From Octopus vulgaris (taxonomy: Eukaryota): DNA of 64,000 bases. Both the position numbers and the translations under genes were made by a program. This document shows, in pieces, positions 41,101 through 55,236 of the stretch. The notes under the pieces were generated by a model, which ran no database searches, was not told where the DNA came from, and saw only the letters and a list, made by a program, of their open reading frames with translations. The stretch lies in assembly GCA_951406725.2 (NCBI GenBank), contig OX597824.1, positions 5,394,001 through 5,458,000 of the forward strand, given 5' to 3'. How positions within the stretch are numbered: the stretch's first letter is position 1; the number at the start of each line of letters is the position of its first letter.

Positions 41101-41763
41101 ACAGTTCTATATTTAAGAAATGAGGAATTATGTACATTATATACATTATTTACATTTGACGGATATTTGTCCTCATCTTGTACGTTGTTAACTCAATGTT
41201 TCGGCTGATATACCCTCCAGCCTTCATCAGGTGTCTTGGGGGAAATTTCGAACCTGGGTTCTCGTTCCTAAGGTATTTTTCGATATTATTATTATTATTA
41301 TCATCATCGTGGAGGCGCAATGGCCCAGTGGTTAGGGCAGCGGATTCGTAGGATCGTGGTTTCAATTCCCAGACCAGGCGTTGCGTGTGTTTATTGAGCG
41401 AAAACACCTAAAGCTCCACGAGCCTCTGGCAGGGGGTGGTGGCGAGCCCTGTTCTACTCTTTCGCCCCAACTTTCTCTCACTCTTTCTTCCTGTTTTTTT
41501 AGTAATGCTGCGATGGACTGGTGTCCCGTCCAGTTGGGGGTAACCCATACGCCATAGAAACCGGGAAACTGGGCCCATGAGCCTGGCTAGGCTTGAAAAG
41601 GGCGCATAAATAAATAAAATAATAATTATTATTACTATTATTGTTCACGTCACTGCTTGGAATCGAACTCGGAATCTTGGGGTTAGTGGCCCGCGCTCTT
41701 AACCACTACGCCATATGCCCGTCGGATGAGGACGAATATCCGTTAAATGAAAATAATGTAAAT
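41101..41763 (-). mobile_element. tRNA-head/HHR element (family C) interrupted by a SINE
   Basis: HHR 41191-41234; (AAT)n split by the SINE at 41310-41620; tRNA-like head 41645-41720; short inverted 3' copy 41725-41763. Confidence 0.85.
41310..41620 (+). mobile_element. SINE family 1 with alternative tail
   Basis: Same head and core as 37308 up to CTTCCTGTT, then an unrelated tail. Confidence 0.88.
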
Positions 41764-42465
41764 AGTGAATATGATACGTATCTAACATCATCTCACGTAC
41801 TTACTGAAAAAAAAACGAAGATAATATTAGTAATTGGCTGATATCGTTTCTTTCTCAACGAATATTGATTAATAGTTTAGTTTTTTGGCTCCACGAATAA
41901 AATATATCGATATTCCTGTTTCAACAGATAAACTCATTCGAAGATGATTATCTTGTATGGTTGTCCCTGCTACGCACTCAACTGAAATGTTCCTTGCGAA
42001 ATAATTTCAACAATTATTTTAAAGAATTTTGGAAATATATCCTGTCGAAACAGAAACCAATATTACCACATATTCACCAAAGTTTGACTGCATGCTGGAT
42101 ATGGCATCGATTACTGTTGAAGAACTGTGAAGACATTTATCTGTGATTAATTACTGAAACTTGATCGTAGAGATATCAAAAAATGATTGCTTGGTCATTG
42201 GCACAAGTAATTCACTCATGCACAATAATTACATCGCATTCGTTTCAAATTAGCCATAAGCAACACGTCAATTGGCAAGGGCATACGTTTCTTAAGGTTC
42301 TTAGCAACATGAGAGAAATTATCATTCGAACAGTGAATGGCAACGGCAATGTATTTTTTGGTTTCCTTACATACGCATTTCTTTTCTCCTACCTGCATAT
42401 CATTCTAGAGTATTTTATTACGTAAGAAAATACCCTTAATTCATACTGTTTCTTACCCATTTGCA

Positions 42466-42786
42466 AGTGATTACCGTGATCACCGTAACCGACCAGGCTA
42501 TCAGATGTTGCTACACGTCGCTGGTTACAATGCGCTTCGCATTGTTTTAGCCTTCAAATGACGCCACCCCGCTGGCTAAGCGAGCAGGCCAAAGGAAGAA
42601 AGAGTGAGAGAGAGCTGTGGCGAAAGAGTACAGCAGGGCTCGCCAACCCCCCCCCCCCCTGCCGGAGACTCGTGGAGCTTTAAGGTGTTTTCACTCAATA
42701 AACACTCACAATGCCCTGTCTGGGTATCGAAACCGCGATCCTACAACCGTGAGTCCGCTGCCCTAACGACTGGCCCAATGCGGCTC
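42466..42786 (-). mobile_element. SINE family 1 with a third tail type, with TSD
   Basis: TSD TACCCATTTGCA at 42454-42465 and 42787-42798. Confidence 0.88.
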
Positions 42787-44253
42787 TACCCATTTGCATG
42801 TACTGATGTATAATCAAGCAGTCTGCTGTGCAATTACAGATGCACATAGAAACAAATGGACTCCAGTCACTCCTTTTGAAATCAAACGTAATTAAGCGAG
42901 TAGAATATTTCACTGGAAATTGCCGAAGCTTTTTTGCTTTTCGTGAAGAGAGACGACAATGTCTACTGCTAGTTGTAAGGCTTCTATGAAAGGAGTAAGG
43001 TGGGGGGGATTAGAAAGCTTTCTTCAAAACGAAAATCTTGCTGGCTCGAATGTTTGTAACTGAGTGGACCCCAGTAAAGGCATCCAAGGCGCCAAGGTGG
43101 TGGTATTAAATCGACCGACGGATCAAAGTCTACCACGGAAGTAGACTATAGCGTAATTTGAACTCAGAATGCAAAGAAACGCAACAACCATTGCTAGAAA
43201 TCTGCTTCCACATCCTTACACTTTCGTAGATTTACCGATTTATCAACCTTAAATGAATGAAAGGCAAATTTGAACCAAAGCACGAAGAGTCGGAACAAAA
43301 GCTATAAAGCATTCTGCGTGATGCTCGAATGGTTCTGCTAGGCCGCCATTATTACAGCGAATGAAGTTAGCTAAATTGGCATAATTATTTCATAACTTAT
43401 TCACTCCTAATTTAGTTTGATGCTAACATTTGTAAAACAATCATATTAATTTTCGTCACGGAATTCATCTCGTTGTGATCATTTGAACATTAAAATATTC
43501 ACGCTTACGCCATTATTCAACACTTCAGTTTATTATTAATTACCGTGGGGACACTTACTTAATCAACTCACAAAAACATAATGAGAATTAGGCCGTATCC
43601 TTAGCAGCGGATGATTCTAGCGATACAGTTTCTCATTGACTTTAGCGAATACAAATCCACAATTGAATGCATCATTGTAAACTATCCTAACACTTGTTAT
43701 TTATGAAGAGCTCTCGCTTCAACAGCAATAACTTTAGCGATTTACAGCAAAATGGGGTGATTAAGAAATAAAATATCTTGGCCGTGGACACAACGTAGGA
43801 TTATTCACGTAATCGATTCGGCCTCTGGCAACTGCTGTAAATAAATAATTTGTTGTTACAACAATACAAAATAAGAGAGATTACTGGAAGTGTTGTCAAG
43901 TGCTAAACATCTCATCCTTAGAAAAGATTCCCTTAAGGAAAAATTATTATTTTACGGGTTTTCTCGTAGCTTCGAGTGCAGCTATGTGTATGATGTCTCT
44001 TCTTTGCTCTATGTGAGGTAACGGATGGGCTTCCTTTAAAAGTGACAACCAAATCTCTGTTAAATTGCGCACTATGTTAAAAATGGAAGAACACATTCGA
44101 TAAGCCTGGGGAGCAATAAGCAAAGATCTATCGCTTATCGAATGGTCATTCACACACAGTTCCTTTCATACTGAAACAACATGGCAGAATACTGTTACTT
44201 ACACATGTTCAAATACGCTTCTACAAATCCACAAGCACTAATAAAAATAGGCT

Positions 44254-44321
<68 letters not shown>

Positions 44322-44539
44322 AGAGACAGAATAACTAATCAAGAGACTTAAAATACTTCATTAAAAAAATCGATCAGTTGAAATGCTACCACCAACAACA
44401 TCCTCAAGAAGGTTCGAGTTGGGAAAACGGAAAAAAACACCATTTGTAAATCAGCATGAAAACCTACACTGCCAATCAAACAGTTATTGAAGAAAACTGG
44501 GTAAAGAAAAATGAAAAAAAGAAAGAAACAGGACCCAAA

Positions 44540-44939
44540 AGTACATTATCTACATTTGATGGATATTTGTCCTCATCTTGTTTGTTGTTAACACAACGTT
44601 TCGGCTGATACACCCTCCAGCCTTCATCAGGTGTCTTGGAGAAATTTCGAACCTGGGTTCTGATTCCTAAGGTATTTTTGATGTTATTATTATTATTATT
44701 ATTATTATTTAGGTTACTGCCTGGAATCGAACTCGGAATCTTGGGGTTAGTAGCCCGCGCTCTTAACCACTACGCCATATGCCTGTGGGTTCGAAATTTT
44801 CCCCAAAACACCTGAAGAAGGCTGGAAGGTATATCAACCGAAACACAGTGTTAACAACAAACAAGATGAGGACAAATATCCGACAAATGTAAATAATCTA
44901 AATACTGTACATAATTCCTCATCTCTTAAATATAGAACT
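44540..44939 (-). mobile_element. tRNA-head/HHR element (family C), best-preserved copy, plus inverted 3' copy
   Basis: Head 44711-44783, (AAT)n 44684-44709, HHR 44591-44634; inverted 3' half at 44788-44939. Confidence 0.9.
44591..44634 (-). ncRNA. Type I hammerhead ribozyme with intact core
   Basis: ACAC CTGATGA A GGCTG-GAGGGTGTAT-CAGCC GAAA CG TT GTGT: all conserved core bases, stem I ACAC/GTGT, 5 bp stem II, palindromic ACGT stem III, GUU cleavage triplet. Confidence 0.88.
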
Positions 44940-44944
44940 CTAAG

Positions 44945-45925
44945 GTTTTTTATTCATATTCCAACAGGCAGGGGGACCGTTGTCTCTCTGATAGAAGAAA
45001 ACAACAGTCTTCCACATGACGCTAATGAAATGGCAGAGGTGCTACCGAAGCGCAATTGCTCTGTCTGTAGTGATCCCATCAATATTGACGCAAGGGATCT
45101 GAACGAACATAACCATCAACATATAATCTGAACATAGCTTTTAGTGACTCAGAATCTGGACAGCAATAAATGGAATCAAGTATCATTCTTCATTAGGCTC
45201 TGATAGATTCCCCATTAGTATCCTGAATGAATGCAGGCACCAAGTTGCAGCCTCCCTAACCAAACACTGGGGACATTCTTTAGACTCGGGCTATATAGGT
45301 GCAGGAGTGGCTGTGTGGTAAGTAGCTTGCTTACCAACAACATGGTTCCGGGTTCAGTCCCACTGCGTGGCACTTTCGGCAATTGTCTTCTACTATAGCC
45401 TCGGGTCGACCAAAGCCTTGTGAGTGGATTTGGTAGACGGAAACTGAAAGAAGCCCGTCGTATATATGTATATATATATATATATATATATGTACGTGTG
45501 TGTGTGTGTGTTTGTGTGTCTGTGTTTGTCCCTCCAACATCGCTTGACCACCAATGCTGGTGCGTTTACGTCCCCCGTAACTTATCAGTTCGGCAACATA
45601 GACCGATAGAATAAGTACTAGGCTTACAAAGAATAAGTCCTGGGGTTGATTTGCTCAACTAAAGGCAGTGCTCCAGCATGGCCGCAGTCAAATGACTGAA
45701 ACAATTAAAAGAGTAAAAGAGTATATTCTTTAGACTCGGGCTATATACAGTTCTTATCCCGGTCGTCTAAAAGAGAAAAAAGTCTCTTGTAGTTAACTAT
45801 CGCCCAATCTCATTCACCTCCCATATCATCAACGTGTTTGAAAGGGTGATGAGATCAAGGATAACTGGCTTCTTGGAGGGCCACAACCTTCTAAATTCCA
45901 ACTTGCATGGCTTACGCTGCTGTAG
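44945..45925 (+). pseudogene. CR1/L2-group LINE RT fragment split by a SINE
   Basis: DANEMAEVL; SSLGSDRFPISILNEC..SLDSGYI; then NYRPISFTSHIINVFERVM..FLEGHNLLNSNLHGLR. Confidence 0.8.
45298..45724 (+). mobile_element. tRNA-derived SINE family 2, full length with TSD
   Basis: TGGCTGTGTGG A box, GGTTCAGTCCC B box, internal (TA)n(TG)n. 23 bp TSD ATTCTTTAGACTCGGGCTATATA at 45275-45297 and 45725-45747. Confidence 0.93.
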
Positions 45926-46441
45926 TGACCGTCCAACACAAATTTCACTACGCATCAATTTGTAGAAAATTTGTTGAAAATTTCGGATTTGTAGAAAATT
46001 TCGGATTATATCACAGTGACTATCTCTTTGAAAACTATTATTCTGCTGATAAAATTGTCTATAATTGTATTGAATTAAAACAACGTAATAAAATAAACAT
46101 GGAATATTTCAATTGTCGCCATTGTTATTTTAATTATTTTGTTTTAGTTTCAGTTAAATTTAACGCCGCAGAGTTTTAGCAATTTTCTGGAAAATCGTCT
46201 TTTTCATTTCTACAATTAAATTATGTATTGTTGTCTCCTTGTTCGATAACAACTAATACTGATCATAATAACCATTCCTAACAGAAATGGTGAGGCGTTA
46301 GTAAACTAAATCGACCGCAGTTGTTGGGGGATACTTTATTTTATCGACTCCCGAAAAGATAAAAGGCTAATTTGATATCGATGAGATTTGATATTAGTAT
46401 ATAAAGAGCTTTAATTAAATACCACAAAGAATTTTCTCCAC

Positions 46442-46536
<95 letters not shown>

Positions 46537-46552
46537 TATATACATATATATA

Positions 46553-46745
46553 GGGAGAGTTCACGAAAAAAAAACAAAAGACGAAGACAGGTGGTGTAGA
46601 AAACAAACAGATGTATTAGTATAACGCTCAGGAATAGAAAAAGTGTTTTACGTTTCGAGCCTACGCTCTTCTACAGAAAGGGACACAGAAAAAACAAGGA
46701 GAGAAACAAGGAAAGAAAAAAAGGAGAGAAAAAAGGAGAGAAAAT

Positions 46746-46750
<5 letters not shown>
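46553..46750 (-). mobile_element. Family A HHR module inside (TA)n
   Basis: 46646-46679 minus reads TTT CTGTAGA A GAGC-GTAG-GCTC GAAA CG TA AAA. Confidence 0.8.
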
Positions 46751-46795
<45 letters not shown>

Positions 46796-47231
46796 ATGTA
46801 CACTTGTTCATATACGTATAATCAAATTCATGCATATGTTCATATACACATACACACACACAAATAGTAAACGAATTAGAATGCTTGTACGAATATGTTG
46901 CAAATCTTGATAACTATAGAATGCCTACGAAGCAAAGATATGGTTGACGAACTCCGAATGCAGTCAACAGACACAGGAACAATGTCTGCGCACCAGCAAT
47001 ATCATATTCACCGACAATATAATGTGTAATGAATTTAAACTTCCATCCTAAAGCTAGAGCGTCAATCTCTATATTGCTAAACGCTCGTAACTTTTTTCTT
47101 AATAATTATTTCGAGGCTTGGCCTTTTTTTTCGGTTGTTAAAAAACGAAATTGTACAGAAAAGAATTTATAAAAGTTGTACAAAAAAGTTCTAAGGCCTG
47201 AAGTTTCAATATATCATATTATTCTATATTA

Positions 47232-47326
<95 letters not shown>

Positions 47327-47462
47327 TCCCTTTTTTTCTTTCCCTTTTACGATCCCATTTGATCGAAAATCTACCCCACTTTTTTTCCCTCCCCAGGAAG
47401 AAAATTTCTACTTGTAATCTGTCCCGCCTGTGTGCAGCTCTGTGTGGCTAATAAAGAAACAA

Positions 47463-47568
<106 letters not shown>

Positions 47569-47896
47569 ACTTTTATATATGTATTTATATGTATTTTCAT
47601 GCGTGTGTGATGCGTCAGTGAATTGCCACCATTTTAATAATATTTTTCAGTAGTAATAATCTAACTATAATCTTGTAGAAACAGATTTTATGACATTTTT
47701 CAATTTCCCAAAATGTGTTATAAAACTACACCTGCATGCGTTAGTAACTCTATTTTCAGTCGACTAGTATATATTTATATATACAACCCTCTTGAGAGAA
47801 GCGAAAGAAATCACGTTATCCAACATTGCAGTTGGTAAGATTTGGAAAATTTCACTTTAGGATTATTAAGTCAACATCCCATACATATATACGCAC

Positions 47897-48430
47897 ATGT
47901 ATGTATGTATGTATGTATGTATGTATGTATGTATGTATTTATGTATGTATGTATGTATGTATTTATGTATGTATGTATGTATGTATGTATGTATGTATGT
48001 ATGTATGTATTTATGTATGTATGTATGTATGTATGTATGTATGTATGTATGTATGTATGTATGTATGTTGTATGTATGTATGTATGTATGTATGTATGTA
48101 TGTATGTATGTATGTATGTATGTATGTATGTATGTATTTATGTATGTATGTATGTATGTATGTATGTATGTATGTATGTATGTATGTTTGTATGTATGTA
48201 TGTTTATACGTTTGTATGTGTGTATGCATATACGTATGTATGTTTATACGTTTGTATGTATGTTTGTATGTATATATGTATTTATATATGTATGTATGTG
48301 TATATGTATGTATGTATTTATATATGTATGTATATATGTATGTATGTTTGTATGTATATATGTATGTGTGTGTGTATGTATGTATGTATTATGTAATGAA
48401 TTATGTATGTATGTATGTATGTATGTATGT
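47897..48430. repeat. (TATG)n array
   Basis: Seen directly. Confidence 0.97.
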
Positions 48431-48631
48431 TATAACCTTCACAGCGTGTTGAAGCTGTATATTCTTTCACTTAATTTCGTGTATGATATATGTGTTCTGT
48501 TTCGCTGATCGTATTAGGCACATATAAAAATATGTAGGCACTTACACACAAACGTAAACGCATGCGTGCGAGCGTGCGTGTGTTTGCATGTGTGTGCACG
48601 TGCTTGTGTGTGAACGTATTACATATGCATG

Positions 48632-48680
<49 letters not shown>

Positions 48681-49912
48681 GTAAATGTTTTTATTTCTCC
48701 TTTGGTTTCAGAATTACAACTATTTAGCGGTTTGAGTTTGGCTGCTCTTTCTAGTGGGTCGAATGGCCTATCAGGGCCATTCCTTAATATTGTTGTATAT
48801 ATATATATACATATATACACACAAACACACATCTATTCGATTATAGAATAATTTCTTGTAATATTTATGTATCAGGAGCAGAAAGTTCAGAAATACTAGT
48901 GTATTACAAGAATAAATCAATGCTTAGAACTGTGTATGTATGTGTGTGTGTATGTTTGTGTGTATCACTGCGTGCACACACACATACAAGCACACATGCA
49001 AACACACACACACGCACACGAACGTGTACACACACACCTGCACACATATATTTCGTATTCTTATTCGCTTCTCATGATTCTTTATGAGAAACCGTGTGTT
49101 CAAGCAGGTGCTGTTCTATCGTGGAAGGTTTATTTTGCCAATAACAAGGCAGGGCGTGTGTTTATATTCGCAAACTGCTTCTCACATAATACAATATAAT
49201 AATACTTATCTATCACTTTTAAGTTTATCTCTAAAGATTTTCTATAGAATTTCGAGTCAGTATCGACTGTCACGACGTTCGTATACGAATATGACTATAA
49301 ATCCTTAAATCCTTAAAAATGTTTTAGCCTGAAGGCCGCGGCCATGCTGGGGCACCACCGCTGATATGTAAACAATGCGTTCGAAGATAGGAAAACACCT
49401 AATGGTTGTATATACATATTTCGGGAGTTATTGCTTCTTCTCGAGTTCAATTTAGAAGTGACTTTCTCATACTGCTAACATGAAAGTATAACAGAATTTA
49501 CTTATAAACTTGTTATATATTTGGTTGTATATTATAGTAACAAAGCGAAATACCGTATCCCATCTATCTGTCTCTGTCTGTCTGTCTCTGTCTCTGTCTG
49601 TCTGTGTGATTGACTGACTGTTTGTACGTCTGTCTGTTTATATGAATAAATATATGTATGAATGTATCAGTGTGTGCTTGTATGTGTGTTCATATTTATA
49701 CACACACATCTAAATGTATTTATAATTTTGCTGGTGAGTTAACAGCTCTTTGTTTCTCATCTACAACGCATTATCCATCCATCCATCCATCCATCCATCC
49801 ATCTATCTATCTATCTATTCATCGCTCCATCCCTCCCTCCCTTCCTCCCTCCCGCCATCCATCCATCCATCCATCCATCCATCCATCCATCCATCCATCC
49901 ATCTATCTATCC

Positions 49913-49986
<74 letters not shown>

Positions 49987-50274
49987 CTATCTCTCTAGCT
50001 AGCTATTTGACTGTTTGTCTGTATATCTCTGTATCCACATATTTACTAATTACCGCTGAGTTAACAGTCATCATGTTGAAAGTCATAACGTACAACAATG
50101 TATATTTAGATATTTAGCAAATATATTACACATAACACAGATGTAAACACTTTGCCTGTATAGATATTTCATTGTTCGGCAAGAGAGCCGAGTGCAACCG
50201 TTTCATTGTTCTGCTGTGGAGATATCAGCGAGTAAACAGCTATCTTCTCCAAACAGTTTACTTATATACGTACT

Positions 50275-50346
<72 letters not shown>

Positions 50347-51221
50347 AACACACACACACACATATATATATGAAAGTGATTACCGATCGAACGGGAATCA
50401 AGCGCACATGGTATCAGGTACATATATATTTTTAATAAGCGTCCATACAACTTAAAAATCTGAGAAATATTATGGGATGGTTTCGTTTATGTATATGATA
50501 AAGTGCTTCGTCAAGTTAATCTAGTGCACTCACCAACCTTCCTCACAATGGGGAAGTTTGTCATCGTTTCAATTGATTATAGTATTTGCATTCTGTAATT
50601 AATTTTCAACATCAATGAGACGTAAGTATGATGTAAGTAAACATATTTTCGTCTTTTTCTTTTGTCTTCCTTCCATTCTCTTCTTTTCTCTTTCTCTCTC
50701 TGTCTCTTTCTTTCTTTCTCTCTCTCTCTCTGTGTTTATATATATCTCTATATCTCTATATTAGCAACAGAAGCAGTATTAATATCGAGAGATGGTAGTT
50801 ATCCATACTTAAACACGGCTATTCTATCAGAACAAGCATTACTATGGTTGTTGCCATGACAGAAACTCAGACATCAGCGTTTTGATGCAAAATCAATTCT
50901 TGTTTATATTGTTTACCAGATCACGATATTTAGATCTTCCTTGGTGTCGTCAATAATGGACACTCGACCGCTAGAGACGGCTTCGACTTATCTTCCCGCC
51001 AGCTATATACAGAAAACATTGCCAAAACAGGCATTGGTGTCACGGTTATCCAGAGATATTGGTTAAAATATCTCTATTAGCGACAGAGGGAGTATTTATA
51101 TATCGAGAGGTAATATTTATTCCAACAGAAAAGTGGATGTTTTGTTAGAAAACTGTATTGCTGTAGACACCGTGAAAGAAACTCTTATCATTGACGAGAC
51201 CAAGGCAGGTTAAATCACGTG

Positions 51222-51335
<114 letters not shown>

Positions 51336-51391
51336 GATAGTAAATTCGATATTTTATCCCTCAGTCGGTTACTCCAACCGTTAACTATTCT

Positions 51392-51434
<43 letters not shown>

Positions 51435-51550
51435 AGAGAGAGTGAGAGAGAGAAAGAGAAAGAGAGAGAGAAAAAGAGAAAGATAGAGAGAGAAAGAGAG
51501 AAAATGAGAGAGAGAGAAAGAGAGAAAATGAGAGAGAAAGAGAGAGAAAA

Positions 51551-51581
<31 letters not shown>

Positions 51582-53258
51582 AATATGTGTTCGATAATGA
51601 CGGGAAGATGCAAATTGCAATGGCGCTTAAGAGTCGACCTGGTGCCAAGCGACAACAGACAATAACGAGAACAACAACAAGATTGAGAGATGGTTCCGAT
51701 CCAACAATTTGTCTCAGATAAACCTGAAAATATACTTTAGAGACAATGATTGCTAAAAGCGATTAAACATCCAACTGAATGATTATTTCCATCGAGTGGT
51801 TATCTATCACCTGTATGTTTTCAGTGCGCGCTAAGGTCATTATATCGAAACACACTCGGCTGCTTCTGCTTACAAGTGCAGTAACGAAGGTTGTTTGCGC
51901 GGAAGCACTCTTCTTAAATATACATCTTTGATTATTTTGATTGTTCAGTTTTAGAATTCTCTAAAAAGAAGACATGATTCATTTCTTAGCTTCAGACACT
52001 TTGAACATTTAATCACTAGAATAACAGAGAAAGCTAACCGTTGTCTTGTGATTGGTTGGCTGCTAAAGCGTTTGACTGTTTGCTTGGATTGACTTTTATC
52101 TTAGCTTTATTTACTCAAATTAATCATCCAATATGTTTATCAAAAGATTTTATTTAAATGACTTCGAGGTTCGCCACACGACAGCCGCAAATTGGTTTTG
52201 CGATAAATTTAAGGAAGCGACGTTCTAATAAAATAAATAACTAATCTTACGGCAACAATAATCATCAAGTACAGTCTGGTGTTTTTAAAGTCTACATACA
52301 GAACAATAGCGATTCTACGTGTGGTGTTTGCAGTATAAATAACCATAATCGTTGCTCGTATATGCACACAAGAACGTAATTCTCTTTACTACAGAATAAA
52401 CTAGAATAAACATGCAGCAGAATATTTATTTGCGTAGAAGGAAGAGGATAAGAAGAAAATACGAGAGAGTGATAAATGAGGATTTCATTTTAAAATGTAG
52501 TCCTTCCAAATAATAATAATAATAATAATAATAACAACAACAACAACAATAATAATAATAATGATAATAATGATAATTTCTTTACTACTACTAAATATTT
52601 ATTTCTTTTCTACTACTACTACTACTACTACTACTACCACTACGACCACCACCACAACCACGACGACGACGACGAACACCACCACCACTACTACTACTGC
52701 TACTACTACTAAAAATAATGGCTCTCATGGCGTCTTGTCTTAACTGATTGTAAGTGTTTAATCACGTATAACATTTGTCTTGGTATAAAAAGACGGGCTA
52801 CAGTAAATATTTGCTCAATACTAGATTTGCTTGTCAGTAGTTTGGCCTTAACCAGTTTGACCTTAGCCAGTGGTTGACAATATATAGATCTCTGATCAGG
52901 AGCAGAAGTAGTGGAGGACCATCAGAGCCATGTGTTGAGAGGCATTCTTTGGGGTTTGAATAATTCACATCCAGAAACATGATTGTTTCGTCCAACATCC
53001 TTAAAGAAACCTTGTTTAGGGCCATCTTCAGCGGGATGGGCAACTCAACCTGAAGAAAATTCTAATTGGGTCCCACCTGCAAGATCATGTGCTGTTTGTG
53101 TTGATATGAGATCACCATGTCGCGCACATATGGTTGTGATGCATGTGCCTAGTGTACCCTTATCAGACGGTTAGTCACGATGAGTAGACTGGACATTGTA
53201 TATTTGTACCTCAATGACACTTTGATGGCATGTACTGCTCTCTCACTCAATAATAGTA

Positions 53259-53308
<50 letters not shown>

Positions 53309-53399
53309 CGTGGTGGAAAATTGTGATCCAAAGTGGCGACACTGCAATGATGAAAGGCACATATATATAAGACGGAGAGAAACTTCCTGAAAATCTTGG

Positions 53400-53660
53400 C
53401 AGTTGATGACAACAGAAGTTTTTCAGATTCTTGGTTTCCCAGAGATCTAGTCTAAAAAAATGTTTCTAGCTTTCTTCATCATTTTGTGGACCCACAACAA
53501 CAGGGATGGTTTTGATTTTTGATTGCCACGTCCTATACATCTCAATCTCAAGACCCTTATATTTCGACAGTTTTTCAAATTGATTTGCTGTTATGTGTCT
53601 ATCAGTAGGCATTATCATATCAATTAACCGGCATTTCCTGGTGCCGGATAAAAAGCGTAG
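53400..53660 (-). pseudogene. R4/Dong-like RLE endonuclease fragment
   Basis: CRLIDMIMPTD..EKLSKYKGLEIEMYRTW..IPVVVG, homologous to 15740-15850; the 3' side runs toward (TAA)n at 53250-53303. Confidence 0.8.
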
Positions 53661-53959
53661 CGGCATTTCTTCGACCTTATGTTCAAATACCTCAAAGTCT
53701 ATAGCGTCTTTCGTCGTTTCGATGAATATTGGGGTTACTGAAATCCACCAAAACTTCAAGCCTTGTGCATTTACTAAAAGGATTATTATTTTAGTATTTT
53801 ATAAATTTCTTCCAATTCCTCTTCCCGATTCTGCTGCTTCTGTCACTCTAACCCTTCCACAATTTTCTACAACACCCTCCACACTCGTCTTTTGGTGCCT
53901 TATAATTTAACACACTCACCATTAAAATTTCCACTTATTTCTTATTTATTTTAATTTTT

Positions 53960-53996
53960 CTAAAATTTTCGTTGCGTCTTGCAACCTTTTCAATAG
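53960..53996 (-). ncRNA. Minimal hammerhead motif (U3-A8 variant)
   Basis: CTA TTGAAAA G GTTGC-AAGAC-GCAAC GAAA AT TT TAG: 5 bp stem II, palindromic AATT stem III. Confidence 0.75.
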
Positions 53997-54004
53997 TTTT
54001 GACT

Positions 54005-54249
54005 ATGTGTGTATGTATTGGGTGTGGTGTGTGTGTGTGACAGTAGCTGTTTATATGTGTATGTGTCAGTGAACTTTGTGTTGCTTAATGTTGTAGGAAG
54101 AATTCTGTAGCATGGTAGCAGGAAATGGGGGTGTTTTTGTGTAGTTTTGTGTCTCATCACGTGTGCATAGAGGAATGGTCAATAGAAAGGTGTTTGACTG
54201 GCAGTTTGAAGTACATGGCAGTTTGTAGTACATGTGTGTGTGTGTACGT

Positions 54250-54290
<41 letters not shown>

Positions 54291-55155
54291 TTGTGTATGT
54301 GAGTGTGTTAAATGATAAGGCATCAAAAAAGAATGACTCTCCCCAGACACAACAGAATATGCTTCAACACACGAACTCATAAAGAATCTTGCAAACCAAA
54401 TCCAAAAACGAAATATATTCAATATTTATATTTTTAAGTATGAAATTAAATATTTATAGACGTTTAATTTCATATCTATGAATATAGATTGCCTTGCGCG
54501 CATACACATTCACACACCTACAGACACACACACGCGCACACACACGCACAAACATACACACATACGCGCGTATATACGCATAAAAACGCACATATACCTC
54601 CGCACAAACCCCTCGTTCATACACACATACACACACACACACATATGCTCACGCACACACATATACACACCTACACGCACTTGAACGCACACGTACCTTC
54701 CACACACACAACACACACTCATACATACATGCACAGAATTATACATGCATGGACATACACACACACACACGCACATGCACGCACACACACAGAGGAACGC
54801 ACATATACTCCACACACACAACCCCACCCACATAAACATACACACACGCACATACATACACATACACACACAGACGCACACACAACAGACGCATGCACAC
54901 ACTACACACAAAATACACACACAACATATACACACACACACACACGTACACACATACTTCAAACTGCCAGTCAAACACCTTTCTTCTGACCATTCCTCTA
55001 CGCACGTGTAAAGAGACACACAACTACACAAAAACACCCCCGCTCCTGTTACCATCCTACTGAATTCTTCTTACAGCATTAAGCGACTCAAAGTTCACTG
55101 ACACATACACAGCCAAACCCACATACACACACCACACACACAGCACATACACACA
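54005..55155. repeat. Inverted repeat with ~200 bp arms around a CA-rich spacer
   Basis: 54060-54213 is the reverse complement of 54955-55108. Confidence 0.85.
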
Positions 55156-55236
55156 TAAGCACACATACATGCTTTTACATACACACACAGACTTTCGCGC
55201 ACGCATGCATATACACACACATACACACTAATACCT

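Noticed and set aside
44711-44783. Functional tRNA-Ser(ACT) gene
   Set aside because: Acceptor and T stems pair poorly and the sequence is always embedded in the family C element.
52740-53250. Possible UTR of an R4/Dong-like element abutting (TAA)n
   Set aside because: Single copy in the window with no coding motif, so it cannot be supported from the sequence alone.
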